Shown piece after piece: positions 1 to 8,595 of a stretch of 64,000 nucleotides of DNA. This stretch comes from Vicinamibacterales bacterium. Lineage in GTDB: Bacteria > Acidobacteriota > Vicinamibacteria > Vicinamibacterales > UBA8438. Position 1 is the stretch's first letter. The number at the start of each line of letters is the position of its first letter. A program made the position numbers and the translations under genes. The notes under the pieces are model-generated. The model was not told the origin of the DNA. It saw only the letters and a list, made by a program, of their open reading frames with translations, and ran no database searches. The stretch covers positions 1,797,093 through 1,861,092 of the forward strand of contig OZ242279.1 in the NCBI GenBank assembly GCA_965207265.1, given 5' to 3'.

Positions 1-103
1 AATAGATTGCCTCGCACGACGGGACCAGATCCTGCAGAGAGGTCTGATGCAGATAGGAATCCTCCACCTCGGCGCCCGACAAGAACTCCCATTTCCGCGT
101 CAT
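1..103 (-). CDS. partial ORF (5' end only), unknown function, immediately downstream of the sspD-like gene
   Basis: ATG at 103 on the minus strand reads MTRKWEFLSGAEVEDSYLHQTSLQDLVPSCEAIY and runs off the window edge. Composition is protein-like, but I recognise no motif. Not in the ORF track because it is open-ended. Confidence 0.3.
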   Translation of the reverse strand, partial: MTRKWEFLSGAEVEDSYLHQTSLQDLVPSCEAIY

Positions 104-197
104 GGCATCTTCCGACGCGCGTCGATAGGCCGTCGTCTGGACTCTGCCGCGGGCAGATCGCGACCATGTTGCGCTGTGCGGACGAGCCCGCCACCCC

Positions 198-1028
198 TCA
201 TAAGTGACAGATCAAGCACCCTTCCTGGTCGTCCTCGTCGTCGAGCGCGTCGGCGAACACATCCACCAGCGGACGATCCGGCCGGGCCGCCTCCTGCGCC
301 TGCACCACCTTGAGATGCCGCCGCCGAATCGTCGCCGCCCTCTCGGGTTGCGCCAGCTCCTCGAGGCTTTCGCTCTGCGACCACGTGAAGCTTCGCCCTG
401 TCTCCGGGTCGATTTTCTCGTAGGCCTTGGCGTCCTGAAAGAGCTGCGGATGGTTGTCCTTCAGACCCAGCCACTCGGCCTTGCGCTGGAAGAAGCAGAA
501 GTAGCATCCGGAGCGCGTCCGCCACTGGTAGTAGTCGGGCACCCCCAGCCCGGACTCGTCGAGAATGCGGTACACGTCGCGCTCGGTGATGCCGTCCTCC
601 TTGAACGGGTAGCGCGGCGTGATGTTGGGCTTCGACGAGATGTAGCCGTCCCGGTGCTCATCTCCCCGGATCCCGATGTAGCTGACTACGGGGTCGTCGC
701 CGACGAACCGCTCGAACGGACGGATCTTGAGCTGCCGCGTGCACCAGCGCATCTGCGGCGACGGCAGGTAGTTCCCGTAAACCTCCAGCCAATGGTCGAA
801 GCCGCGCTCGTCGTTCAACCGGATGATCGGCTTGCCCAGGTACGCCTCGACCTTGGCGAGGTAATCGTAGGTTTCCTGGAGTTCCTTCTTCGTGTCGCAG
901 AAGACGTACTCCATGTCGGGCTGTCGGTCGCGCATGTAAACAGCGAGCGCCGTGCTGTCCTTGCCGCCGGACATGCTCAGGATGTGACGTACGCGATCGC
1001 TCACTAGTGGTCCGTCACGTGTCAACAT
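198..1028 (-). CDS. PAPS-reductase / PP-loop ATP pyrophosphatase family protein, SspD/DndC-like (DNA phosphorothioation)
   Basis: 276-aa ORF with PP-loop SMSGGKDS, a CYFCFF Cys pair and a C-terminal GCLICHL. It is the last gene of the DUF4007 / ATPase / PAPS-reductase set. The first 8 codons (from ATG 1028) lie inside the IS630 left end. The native start is probably GTG at 1004. Confidence 0.85.
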   Translation of the reverse strand: MLTRDGPLVSDRVRHILSMSGGKDSTALAVYMRDRQPDMEYVFCDTKKELQETYDYLAKVEAYLGKPIIRLNDERGFDHWLEVYGNYLPSPQMRWCTRQLKIRPFERFVGDDPVVSYIGIRGDEHRDGYISSKPNITPRYPFKEDGITERDVYRILDESGLGVPDYYQWRTRSGCYFCFFQRKAEWLGLKDNHPQLFQDAKAYEKIDPETGRSFTWSQSESLEELAQPERAATIRRRHLKVVQAQEAARPDRPLVDVFADALDDEDDQEGCLICHL

Positions 1029-1069
1029 TAGGACTATCGGGAAGCTGATCTCAAGCCGAGACAGCTTTC

Positions 1070-1516
1070 ATGCCGGAGAAAAAGTACATCGTTCGACTCA
1101 CCGCCCAGGAACGCGAGATCTGTCGACAGACGGTCCGCAAGCTCAAGGGGAGCAGCGAGAAGGTGCGCCGCGCTCAGATTCTCTTGAAGGCCGATGCGGA
1201 CGGACCGGGGTGGACCGACCAGCAGATTGCCGATGCCTTTTCGTGTCGCACCAAGACGGTCGAGAACATTCGCCAACGTTGCGTGCTGGAAGGGTTCGAG
1301 CGGGCGCTGGAACGCCAACGGCGGGCGTTGCCCCCGGGCCTCAAGCTGCTCGACGGCGAACAGGAGGCGCAGGTCATCGCCCTGCGTCTGGGGTCGCCCC
1401 CGAAGGGCTACGCGAACTGGTCGTTGCGGCTGTTGGCGCGCCGTGTCGTCGAGTTGGGGGTCGTCGAGTCGGTCAGCCACGAAACGATCCGGCGGACGCT
1501 GAAAAAAACGAGATGA
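1070..1516 (+). CDS. IS630 transposase, N-terminal HTH part (orfA)
   Basis: 148 aa with HTH-like segments (REICRQTVRKL, QIADAFSCRTKTVENIRQRC). Ends ..TIRRTLKKTR just after an A7 run at 1502-1508. Confidence 0.85.
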   Translation: MPEKKYIVRLTAQEREICRQTVRKLKGSSEKVRRAQILLKADADGPGWTDQQIADAFSCRTKTVENIRQRCVLEGFERALERQRRALPPGLKLLDGEQEAQVIALRLGSPPKGYANWSLRLLARRVVELGVVESVSHETIRRTLKKTR

Positions 1517-2208
1517 CCCGGCGGAGAATCGAGTACTGGGTGATCCCGCCGGAGACCGATGCCGAGTTCGTGGCGCACATGGAACAGGTCCTGGATCTGT
1601 ACCAGCAGCCCTACGACCCGGATTGCCCCGTCGTGTGCATGGATGAGCAGCCGGTGCAACTGGTCAAGGAAACGCGCCCGCCGGTGGCCGCCACGAAGGC
1701 GCGTCCCCGACGCGTCGACTACGAGTACGAACGGGCCGGCACGGCCTCGGTCTTCCTGTTCAGCGAACCGCTGGCGGGTTGGCGGCAGGCGACGGCCCGA
1801 GCCCGGCGTACGAAGGCCGATTGGGCGGTGGAGGTCGCCGGCCTGCTGGAGGGCCGCTACGCCGAGTGCCCGAAGGTCACCCTGGTGTGCGACAACCTCA
1901 ACACGCACACGAAGGGTGCCTTCTACGAAGTGTTCGAGCCGGTGCGGGCACGAGAACTGGTTCGTCGCCTCGAGTTCTGCTACACGCCGAAACACGGGAG
2001 TTGGCTGAACATCGCGGAGAACGAGCTCAGTGCCATGACGCGCCAATGCCTGCGGGAACGCCGCATCGGCGACCTGGAGACGCTGCACGGCGAAGTGTCG
2101 GCGTGGTCCAGCGACATCAATGGCACCCAACGCGGTGTCGACTGGCAGATGAGGGTCGACGATGCTCGCTGTAAACTCAAGTCCGTCTACCCAAAGATTG
2201 TGATGTGA
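1513..2208 (+). CDS. IS630 transposase, DDE catalytic part (orfB, -1 frame relative to orfA)
   Basis: Motifs VCMDEQPVQL, LVCDNLNTHT and GSWLNIAENELS fit the IS630/Tc1 DD(E/D) domain. Reading through the A7 run in the -1 frame gives ..TLKKNEMTRRRIEYWVIPP, which resembles the junction in single-ORF IS630 transposases. Confidence 0.85.
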   Translation: MTRRRIEYWVIPPETDAEFVAHMEQVLDLYQQPYDPDCPVVCMDEQPVQLVKETRPPVAATKARPRRVDYEYERAGTASVFLFSEPLAGWRQATARARRTKADWAVEVAGLLEGRYAECPKVTLVCDNLNTHTKGAFYEVFEPVRARELVRRLEFCYTPKHGSWLNIAENELSAMTRQCLRERRIGDLETLHGEVSAWSSDINGTQRGVDWQMRVDDARCKLKSVYPKIVM

Positions 2209-2215
2209 CGGACCA

Positions 2216-5200
2216 CTAGTCGTCCTTCCCCGCTTCGGGCGGCTCCGAATCGTCGATCAGCGACTCCGCCGCGAGGGCCAACGCGGCGATCCTGGCTTTC
2301 GCCTCGAGAGCCGTCTTGTTGACAGTATCCAGGATCTCGTCGCGGAGCGCTTCAATCGGAGCCTCATCGACGGACCGCAACGGTAGCACGCAATCGCGCT
2401 CCGGATGACCGCGCCGGGCGACGGCTAGGCGGAGCAACTCCTGCTCGCCGGCCGTTCCGCCCCTACCGACCAGGAGCGACTCGGCGCTACGGAACGCGCG
2501 CGCCACGTGCGCGACTCGCACCTGGAACTGATCCTCGTCGGCGTCGGCCCACTCCGGCGGCGGCTTGTTCGCGAGCTGCGTGGCCAGGGACGTCAACAAG
2601 TCGTCCGCTGCGAGCGCATCGTCGGACGCCCGGAGCACGAAGCTCTTGAGCATCGGGTCGACGGCGACTTCTGACAAGGCGCGAGCCCGATCGCGCAATT
2701 CAGCGGCCAGATCCTCTAGTGCGTGCGGCAGGCTCAGATGCTCGGCCAGGGTCGTGCACGCGCGCTCGGTGAGCGCGGGATACGCATTCTGTATCTCGCG
2801 GAGCCCGGCCTGGAGAATTTCGACGAACTCGTTGACGCGCTCCGAATCCTCCGCCTGGCTCCCACCGAACGGCGGACAACCGCAGGCGGCCGGAAGGTCG
2901 TCGAACACCAACTGCGCGGGCTCTCTAGCCCGAACCAGCGCCTCCCGGATGTCTCGCGCCCGCTGGGAGATTCGCAGAGTTCGGCGCGCGTAGGGCGTCA
3001 GGCCGGAGATGAAGCGTACGAGGCCTCGCACAACGTCGAGCAGCGACGGCGTCCGGTTGCTCGACAAGCGCAACGTGTCCGCGAGGCGCGTGAACACCGT
3101 CTGGCGGATGCCGTCGATGCGGCACTGCCTGACCTCGAACCCGTCTGGCGACCGCAACAGGCGTTCGGCATGGGACGGCGTCCACGCGGGCATGAAGGAT
3201 CCGCGCTCGTAGACCGCCACGTCGTCATCCCGGGCGAGTAGCGCGGCAACGACAATGACCGGAAGCGGACCATCCTTGATCCCCAACGGCGGACGCCGAA
3301 GCTGGTCGTAGAGCTCGGACAGCGGCCGGCGCCCGACCTCGGTGTCGCGAAGGAACTCGTCTACAGCGTCCCACAGCGGTTGCAGCGTTTCCTTCGGTGG
3401 GCCGAATCCCCACGCTTCTGCCCGCTGGCAATGCAGCCCATGCGTCTCCAGGAGAGAGCGATACATGCTGACTTCAGGCGGGTTGCCCTCGAATCCGAGT
3501 TGCGGTTCATCGCCGTGCAGGATCATCGCCTCGATCAAGTTGCGGCGCGCGCGAGACGCAGCCGTCGAGAGTGCTCGGCGGTTCAGCAACTCGTTCCTGA
3601 TCGGCGGCGCATCCTCGTAGTACACGTCGCACAGCTCCGAGAGCGCACTCGATGCGTCCCGCCAGGACGCGATGTTCAATCGTCCGCCGCCCACGAACCA
3701 GCCACTGCGATGCGGGTCGAATGCTCGGCCGACCTCGGTCGCCAACTGTTGCTCCAACTCTTCGACCCGGCTGCTCAGCTCGGTTCTCGCGACAGGGTCG
3801 GACTGCAGATCCGCGGTGGAGGTCTGGACGATCTGTGAGGCCGCGAGCTCACGTGCAAGCTGAGACAGGCGCGCCGACGACTCTGGAATCACCAGCACCA
3901 CCGGCTTGCCCGCGCCGAGTCGTTCGATGGCCAGACCCTCAATCCCCTGTTGTCCTCTGAGGCCGTCCGCCTCCTGCTCGGTCCGAGGCAACGTGAGGAT
4001 CACCACCCCGTCGCCCTCCCCGCTCGGATTCACGTCCTCGTTGAGAATCAACCGCGAGGCGTCGACGAACTGCACGTCGAAGAACCGCAGGGTGCCGGTC
4101 TGGAACAGGTGGCGTCGCGCCACGAGCGGCGTCCGCGGCGCCTGACGTTGCAGCGCCTGCGCCACCGAGAAATCGTTCGGCAGTTGCCCCTCGGCGCGAA
4201 CCACCAGATCGTCCAGATCCAGATCGCTGCCTTCCCAGATCTGGAACGCATCGCGGAACTGGCGGAAGACGAGCGCCGACTGCCGTTTGAGGCGTTCGAG
4301 CGAGCGCTCCCCTGCACCGCCATCTTCGACGCACGCGGCCACGATTTCGGCCGACGCCCGAAGGCCGACCCGGTCTCCGAGCATTCCCAGCAGACCGACC
4401 GTCTTCAGCACCTGCTCGTCGACGCCATCCGATTCGGGCGGCAGCCTCTTGAGCGCCGTGTCGATCTCCGCCCACTGCCGGCCGTCGCGGCCGAGCACGC
4501 GGTTGCCGAGCATGCCCGTCGCGTAGTCGTAGAGCCGGTCGACCGTGTACAGACGCTCCGGCCCATGCGTTCGCAGGAAATCGCGGAAGCTGAGCGGCTC
4601 ACCGGCGGACAGGAAGGCAAACAGCGACCGTTCGTTCTGCGCCAGCCGTCCGCGAAACAGCGGGCCGAGCAGGGCCGCGGTCAGCGGGTGGAGCGGCCAG
4701 CAGCCGTTCAGGTGCCCGGCCAGTTGCGACGCGTCCCAGCCGGTTCCTTCCGCGACCCACGCGGCCGTGGCCGAGACGAGGCGCTTCCAATCCTTGGCCG
4801 GCCGCGGCTCACCGGTGCGCCGAATCGCCGCCGCGGTGAGACGGATGATCTGATCGCCGCCGTCGCGAAACGCAAGCTCTCCGAAGCGGCCCTGCACCTT
4901 CGCCCACTCGTTCCGGTCCGACGCGCCCAACTGGTGGGCGTACTGATCGAAAGACTGGTGCAGAACGGTCAGGATCACGAACGGGACGCCGTTGCTACGC
5001 GCGGCGGCTTCAGCGAGCGCCTGCAACAGGTAGACGTCGCCGCGGGTCGGCTGTTGCGCCGCGTACTCCAGCGCCTTGCCCGCCTCGTCGACAATCAGCA
5101 GCAAGCCGGCGCCCGTCTTCGCGGAGATCGTCCGGACGGCCTCCTCAAAGCAACCGACGACGTCGGACGTCGCACACCGGGAGAGCGCCGGGGCCGACCC

Positions 5201-5683
5201 GTTCAAGTACCGCTGGATGGACTTCAGCACCGCTGGCTTCGCGCCCCGCCGCGTCGTCCAGATGGCTTCCAGCGTGGAGCCCAGCGACTTGAGCAGAAGC
5301 GTGTCCAGAGGCGCACGCTCCGCCGTCAGGACCGCCGGATAGAGCGGCTGGCGCGGAAGGTCGATCTCGCCCGAACCGTTCAAGAGCCTTCTGGCCGCCG
5401 CCGCGCCGGCCGAACCGCTCGGCGACAACAGGTCGGCAAGGAAGACGGCGAACGCGCTCTTTCCCGATCCGTAGGGACCGACCAGGCTCCACGCGCGGTC
5501 GCCGGCCGCATCGCCGAGGCCGTCCGTGATCTGCGAGAGGGCGCGCCGGACCGCCGGCGTGACGACGTAGCCGTTGAGCGCGTCGGGGGAACCTGTATCG
5601 CGATCGAGGTTCACGGAGCGCTGAAAGCGGCGCCCGACCTCGACGAGGTTCACGAGGCTGGTTGATTCCTGGCCTGCGTCCAT
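2216..5683 (-). CDS. large P-loop ATPase, SspC / BrxC-PglY-like (DUF499-type)
   Basis: 1155 aa from ATG 5683 (MDAGQESTSLVNLVE). The track ORF extends to 6340, but that part overlaps the DUF4007 gene. Walker A GPYGSGKS and Walker B-like LLIVDEAGKAL. The stop TAG (2216-2218) is rebuilt from the TA target site plus the IS end. Confidence 0.8.
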   Translation of the reverse strand: MDAGQESTSLVNLVEVGRRFQRSVNLDRDTGSPDALNGYVVTPAVRRALSQITDGLGDAAGDRAWSLVGPYGSGKSAFAVFLADLLSPSGSAGAAAARRLLNGSGEIDLPRQPLYPAVLTAERAPLDTLLLKSLGSTLEAIWTTRRGAKPAVLKSIQRYLNGSAPALSRCATSDVVGCFEEAVRTISAKTGAGLLLIVDEAGKALEYAAQQPTRGDVYLLQALAEAAARSNGVPFVILTVLHQSFDQYAHQLGASDRNEWAKVQGRFGELAFRDGGDQIIRLTAAAIRRTGEPRPAKDWKRLVSATAAWVAEGTGWDASQLAGHLNGCWPLHPLTAALLGPLFRGRLAQNERSLFAFLSAGEPLSFRDFLRTHGPERLYTVDRLYDYATGMLGNRVLGRDGRQWAEIDTALKRLPPESDGVDEQVLKTVGLLGMLGDRVGLRASAEIVAACVEDGGAGERSLERLKRQSALVFRQFRDAFQIWEGSDLDLDDLVVRAEGQLPNDFSVAQALQRQAPRTPLVARRHLFQTGTLRFFDVQFVDASRLILNEDVNPSGEGDGVVILTLPRTEQEADGLRGQQGIEGLAIERLGAGKPVVLVIPESSARLSQLARELAASQIVQTSTADLQSDPVARTELSSRVEELEQQLATEVGRAFDPHRSGWFVGGGRLNIASWRDASSALSELCDVYYEDAPPIRNELLNRRALSTAASRARRNLIEAMILHGDEPQLGFEGNPPEVSMYRSLLETHGLHCQRAEAWGFGPPKETLQPLWDAVDEFLRDTEVGRRPLSELYDQLRRPPLGIKDGPLPVIVVAALLARDDDVAVYERGSFMPAWTPSHAERLLRSPDGFEVRQCRIDGIRQTVFTRLADTLRLSSNRTPSLLDVVRGLVRFISGLTPYARRTLRISQRARDIREALVRAREPAQLVFDDLPAACGCPPFGGSQAEDSERVNEFVEILQAGLREIQNAYPALTERACTTLAEHLSLPHALEDLAAELRDRARALSEVAVDPMLKSFVLRASDDALAADDLLTSLATQLANKPPPEWADADEDQFQVRVAHVARAFRSAESLLVGRGGTAGEQELLRLAVARRGHPERDCVLPLRSVDEAPIEALRDEILDTVNKTALEAKARIAALALAAESLIDDSEPPEAGKDD

Positions 5684-6618
5684 CGTTCCCGGCTCTCGAC
5701 GACCGATCGTGCTTCGTAGTACCGACGCAGAAACGTCGTCGGGTCCGGTGCACGATGCACGTACACCTGCTTCAGACCGGCCGTTTCGTCGAACACCACG
5801 TCGCCGTCGGTCAGGACCTCGATGCGGTCGAGCCGACCAAGCAACCCGGGCTCGTCCAGGCAGAACGCGCGACCCGGGGCACCATCGCCGAACGACAGAT
5901 CTTCCAGCGTGATGGTCTGCGACCGGGCCTCTCGCAACTGCAGGTACTCGGCCAACGCGTAGGCGAAGACCTCGTCCGGCAACGATTCGTGGTCGCTGCG
6001 GACGAGCGTCAGCGTCTGCCGCTGACTCGATGCGTGGATCACGCCCAGCTCGACCAGCGGGCAGTCCAACGTGTCTTCCAGCACGGCGTTCCGGCGTCGT
6101 TGCGGCGCGTATGTACGGATGAACACGTCGATGTCGCGTTTCAACGATGCGCTGGTCATCCGCGTCCACCCGCGCTGCCCGCCGAGCGTCTCCAGCGCCT
6201 CCTGGATGTCGGCCCTCGTGAAGATCGTACCAGGGTACTGGTTGAAGACCCACCACCACGTCGTGGCCCCCTCCGGGCGGCTCACCAGTTGCCAGTGGAG
6301 CAGCCACAACGTGCCGGGATCCTCCAGGTATGGATCCCACCCCTCGTCGCGCAGCAGCGATCTGCCCAGCTCGGTCGGCGCCAGCAGCCGGATGCGGCTA
6401 CCCCGCCGCCCGGACGCTTCCTTCAGCATGCCGGTCATCAGGCCCCAATGGCGGATCGACGACACCATGTTCTTGCCGACCCCGAGCTTCACCATCGCGT
6501 CCTCGGCGTAGAACGCGCACGGGTCGGCGTCGGCGGCATCGACCGCCTTCTTCAGCCACGTGTACCGAAACGGAAAGGTCTCGTGCCCCGAGAACGACAC
6601 GCGCGCGGATCCGCTCAT
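5650..6618 (-). CDS. DUF4007 family protein, SspB-like
   Basis: 322 aa. The N-terminal FSGHETFPFRYTWLKKAV is the signature I associate with DUF4007/SspB. Overlaps the upstream HTH gene by 4 nt and the downstream ATPase gene by 34 nt. Confidence 0.8.
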   Translation of the reverse strand: MSGSARVSFSGHETFPFRYTWLKKAVDAADADPCAFYAEDAMVKLGVGKNMVSSIRHWGLMTGMLKEASGRRGSRIRLLAPTELGRSLLRDEGWDPYLEDPGTLWLLHWQLVSRPEGATTWWWVFNQYPGTIFTRADIQEALETLGGQRGWTRMTSASLKRDIDVFIRTYAPQRRRNAVLEDTLDCPLVELGVIHASSQRQTLTLVRSDHESLPDEVFAYALAEYLQLREARSQTITLEDLSFGDGAPGRAFCLDEPGLLGRLDRIEVLTDGDVVFDETAGLKQVYVHRAPDPTTFLRRYYEARSVVESRERWTQARNQPAS

Positions 6619-6818
6619 CTCCCTTGGCTCCCGTCTCCGAGAGATCTTCTAGCAATCCACGCGCCAAGTTCCGCCTGGGGCACCCGCCAGTGTTTTCCCG
6701 CCTTGAACGCGGGCAGATCGCCGGATCGGACCATCTTGTAGACGGTCTTCTTGGAGATTTTCAGGTACTCGGCCACCTCGCCAATAGTGAAAATCTCGCC
6801 AAGTCGGGATTCAGACAT
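6615..6818 (-). CDS. excisionase/MerR-type helix-turn-helix DNA-binding protein
   Basis: 67 aa. IFTIGEVAEYLKISKKTVYKMVRSGDLPAFKAGKHWRV is a typical excisionase-family HTH. Translationally coupled (ATGA) to the DUF4007 gene. Confidence 0.8.
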   Translation of the reverse strand: MSESRLGEIFTIGEVAEYLKISKKTVYKMVRSGDLPAFKAGKHWRVPQAELGAWIARRSLGDGSQGR

Positions 6819-7022
6819 CGGACCACCAACGGGTGCGGATTAGCCACGAACGGGCACCAACGAGCATGCCTGGCGGCACTCTAACAGCCCATCTTCTGGT
6901 AGTCAAGCACATGAATACCGCTAGATGTTGTGGAGACCGCGTCCCCGTTGTCGGCGAGGTTTCATCTGCTGGTTGCTGTTTACAGTGGTGCGCATCGGGA
7001 TCGGGTACTGATCGTGGCGACG

Positions 7023-7038
7023 GATTCGTCAACGAATC
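7023..7038. promoter_or_regulatory. inverted repeat GATTCGT-CA-ACGAATC in a divergent intergenic region (possible operator)
   Basis: 7-bp perfect arms. Lies in the more AT-rich 6819-7075 spacer between the HTH-ssp operon (minus) and the TM coiled-coil gene (plus). Confidence 0.25.
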
Positions 7039-7075
7039 GACGACCGAACGGGACTAGAATCGACTGGGGCAGGTC

Positions 7076-7405
7076 ATGACGCCGGAAGTCATCACGATCC
7101 TGGCGATCGGAATCTCGCTTGGCAGCGGGCAACTCGCGACCGTGCTGTGGATCACCGGTCGCTTCGAGCGGATGGAGAAGAGCATCGCCGAGCGGTTCGA
7201 GCGCAGCGAGCAGCGCAGTGTAGAGCGGTTCGAACTGTCCGAGCAACGCAGCGTGCGGCGCTTCGAGCAGTTGCTGCAGGGCGCAGCTGAGATCCGCGAG
7301 CGGGTGGCGAAACTCGAGGGCCTTGTCGAAGGAGGCGTCATGCGCAGGGCGGCCGGGACATCGCGAGACCCGCAGCGTGCCGAGCGGCACGCCTCCTCCG
7401 GCTGA
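7076..7405 (+). CDS. small membrane-anchored coiled-coil protein (paralog of 8596-9255)
   Basis: 109 aa. N-terminal TM segment PEVITILAIGISLGSGQLATVLWITG. 11-residue repeats RFERSEQRSVE / RFELSEQRSVR. C-terminal VAKLEGLVEG. Confidence 0.6.
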   Translation: MTPEVITILAIGISLGSGQLATVLWITGRFERMEKSIAERFERSEQRSVERFELSEQRSVRRFEQLLQGAAEIRERVAKLEGLVEGGVMRRAAGTSRDPQRAERHASSG

Positions 7406-7565
7406 GCGCGTCAAGCAACCTGCGCAGCGTCGGTCTCCGGGAGAGCCCGGAGCACGACCCGCTGCCCCTCGCGACAGCGTCGACAAGCGCCGGCTCCTCG
7501 AACGCAACGTCCCCGGCGGGCTTCCCAAAGGCGTCCATGCTCTGTTGCGGGCCGCCGACCGGGCC

Positions 7566-7748
7566 TCAGAGATGGCAGATCAGGCAGCCCTGCTCATCGT
7601 CTTCCTGGTCCAGTGAATCGGCAAGTACTTCGATGAGCGGCCGGTCCGGTCTGGAGGCCTTCTCGGCGTCCAGAACCCTCAGGTGCCGGCGCCGGATCTC
7701 TTCGGCCCGTTCGGGATCGGCCAGCTCCTCGCGCGCGCCGGGCGGCAT
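7566..7748 (-). pseudogene. relic of a second sspD-like PAPS-reductase gene (C-terminal 60 codons only)
   Basis: ..ELADPERAEEIRRRHLRVLDAEKASRPDRPLIEVLADSLDQEDDEQGCLICHL aligns with the C-terminus of the 198-1028 product (37 of 53 residues identical by hand alignment). No PP-loop domain lies upstream. Confidence 0.75.
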
Positions 7749-7785
7749 ACGGCTGGACGGACCCTATCTCGCCAGTTTCGGAACG

Positions 7786-8400
7786 ATGCGCGTTCCGGCG
7801 CACCTGTGGGCGGCCATCCAGCGCTTCAGCGCGTGGATCGAGCCCGCCATCATCGCCGAGTGGATACGCGTGACGCAGCGTTACGGAGCGAAACAGGGAC
7901 GATCACTCGACGAAGCCCGGCTGGCCGCGGCCATGACATGGTCCGATCCGTGCCGGGACGTGAGGGTTCCCCGGGAGCGCGCCGAGCGACTGCTCGCCGC
8001 ACGACGCCTCTACTGCGTCTGGAGCGGCAAGCGGCTGACGGCCGCCAACTTCGACATCGATCACTGCTTTCCCTGGACCGTGTGGCCCTGCGGCGATCTC
8101 TGGAACCTGATGCCCGCCCACAGAAAGGTCAATCAGCACCAGAAGCGCGATCGGCTGCCGGCCGACCCGCTGCTGCGAACCGCGCAGGAACGGATCCTCG
8201 ACTGGTGGAGCGCGGCGTATCGCGAGCATCCGAACCACCCGCTGGCGCAGCGCTTCGCGCTGGAAGCGTCGGCGAGCCTGCCCGGCGTCGTCGCGGCGGA
8301 CGCGGATCTCGACAGCTACTACTCCGCCCTGAGCCTGCAGCGCCTGCGGCTGAAACAGAATCAGCAGGTGCCGGAATGGAGCGGCACGGCCTATCTGTGA
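7786..8400 (+). CDS. HNH endonuclease domain protein (possibly 5'-truncated)
   Basis: From ATG 7786 (MRVPAHLW). HNH core DIDHCFPWTVWPCGDLWNLMPAHRKVNQHQKRDRLP. The in-frame track extension back to 7537 is antisense to the sspD relic and is not protein-like. Confidence 0.75.
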   Translation: MRVPAHLWAAIQRFSAWIEPAIIAEWIRVTQRYGAKQGRSLDEARLAAAMTWSDPCRDVRVPRERAERLLAARRLYCVWSGKRLTAANFDIDHCFPWTVWPCGDLWNLMPAHRKVNQHQKRDRLPADPLLRTAQERILDWWSAAYREHPNHPLAQRFALEASASLPGVVAADADLDSYYSALSLQRLRLKQNQQVPEWSGTAYL

Positions 8401-8595
8401 CGTCCGCGTAGAGCGCTGCCGTTCTTGCCGGTGCGAGCGAGACTGCACGTTGCAGTTATCGCGATCTTCCGGGCCCTTCAAGAAGCTGCGGCCTGGGCCG
8501 TCCGCGCTCTCCCGTCGTGGCCTCACTCTTGCATTGGTCGCGTCGCAAGCCGGGCAGCGCGCAAGTCGCCCGGCCAAGATAAGATGGGGGAGTTC

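Larger units (their letters stand above)
1007..2216 (+). mobile_element. IS630-family insertion sequence (1210 bp)
   Basis: 12-bp terminal inverted repeats GTGGTCCGTCAC (1007-1018) and GTGACGGACCAC (2205-2216). TA dinucleotides flank both ends (1005-1006, 2217-2218), as expected for IS630/Tc1 target duplication. Carries a two-frame IS630-type transposase. Confidence 0.9.

Noticed and set aside
1-103. Calling the partial ORF sspA or sspE
   Set aside because: Only 34 residues are visible and they carry no diagnostic motif. The resemblance of ..EAIY to cysteine desulfurase N-termini (..IYLD..) is too weak.
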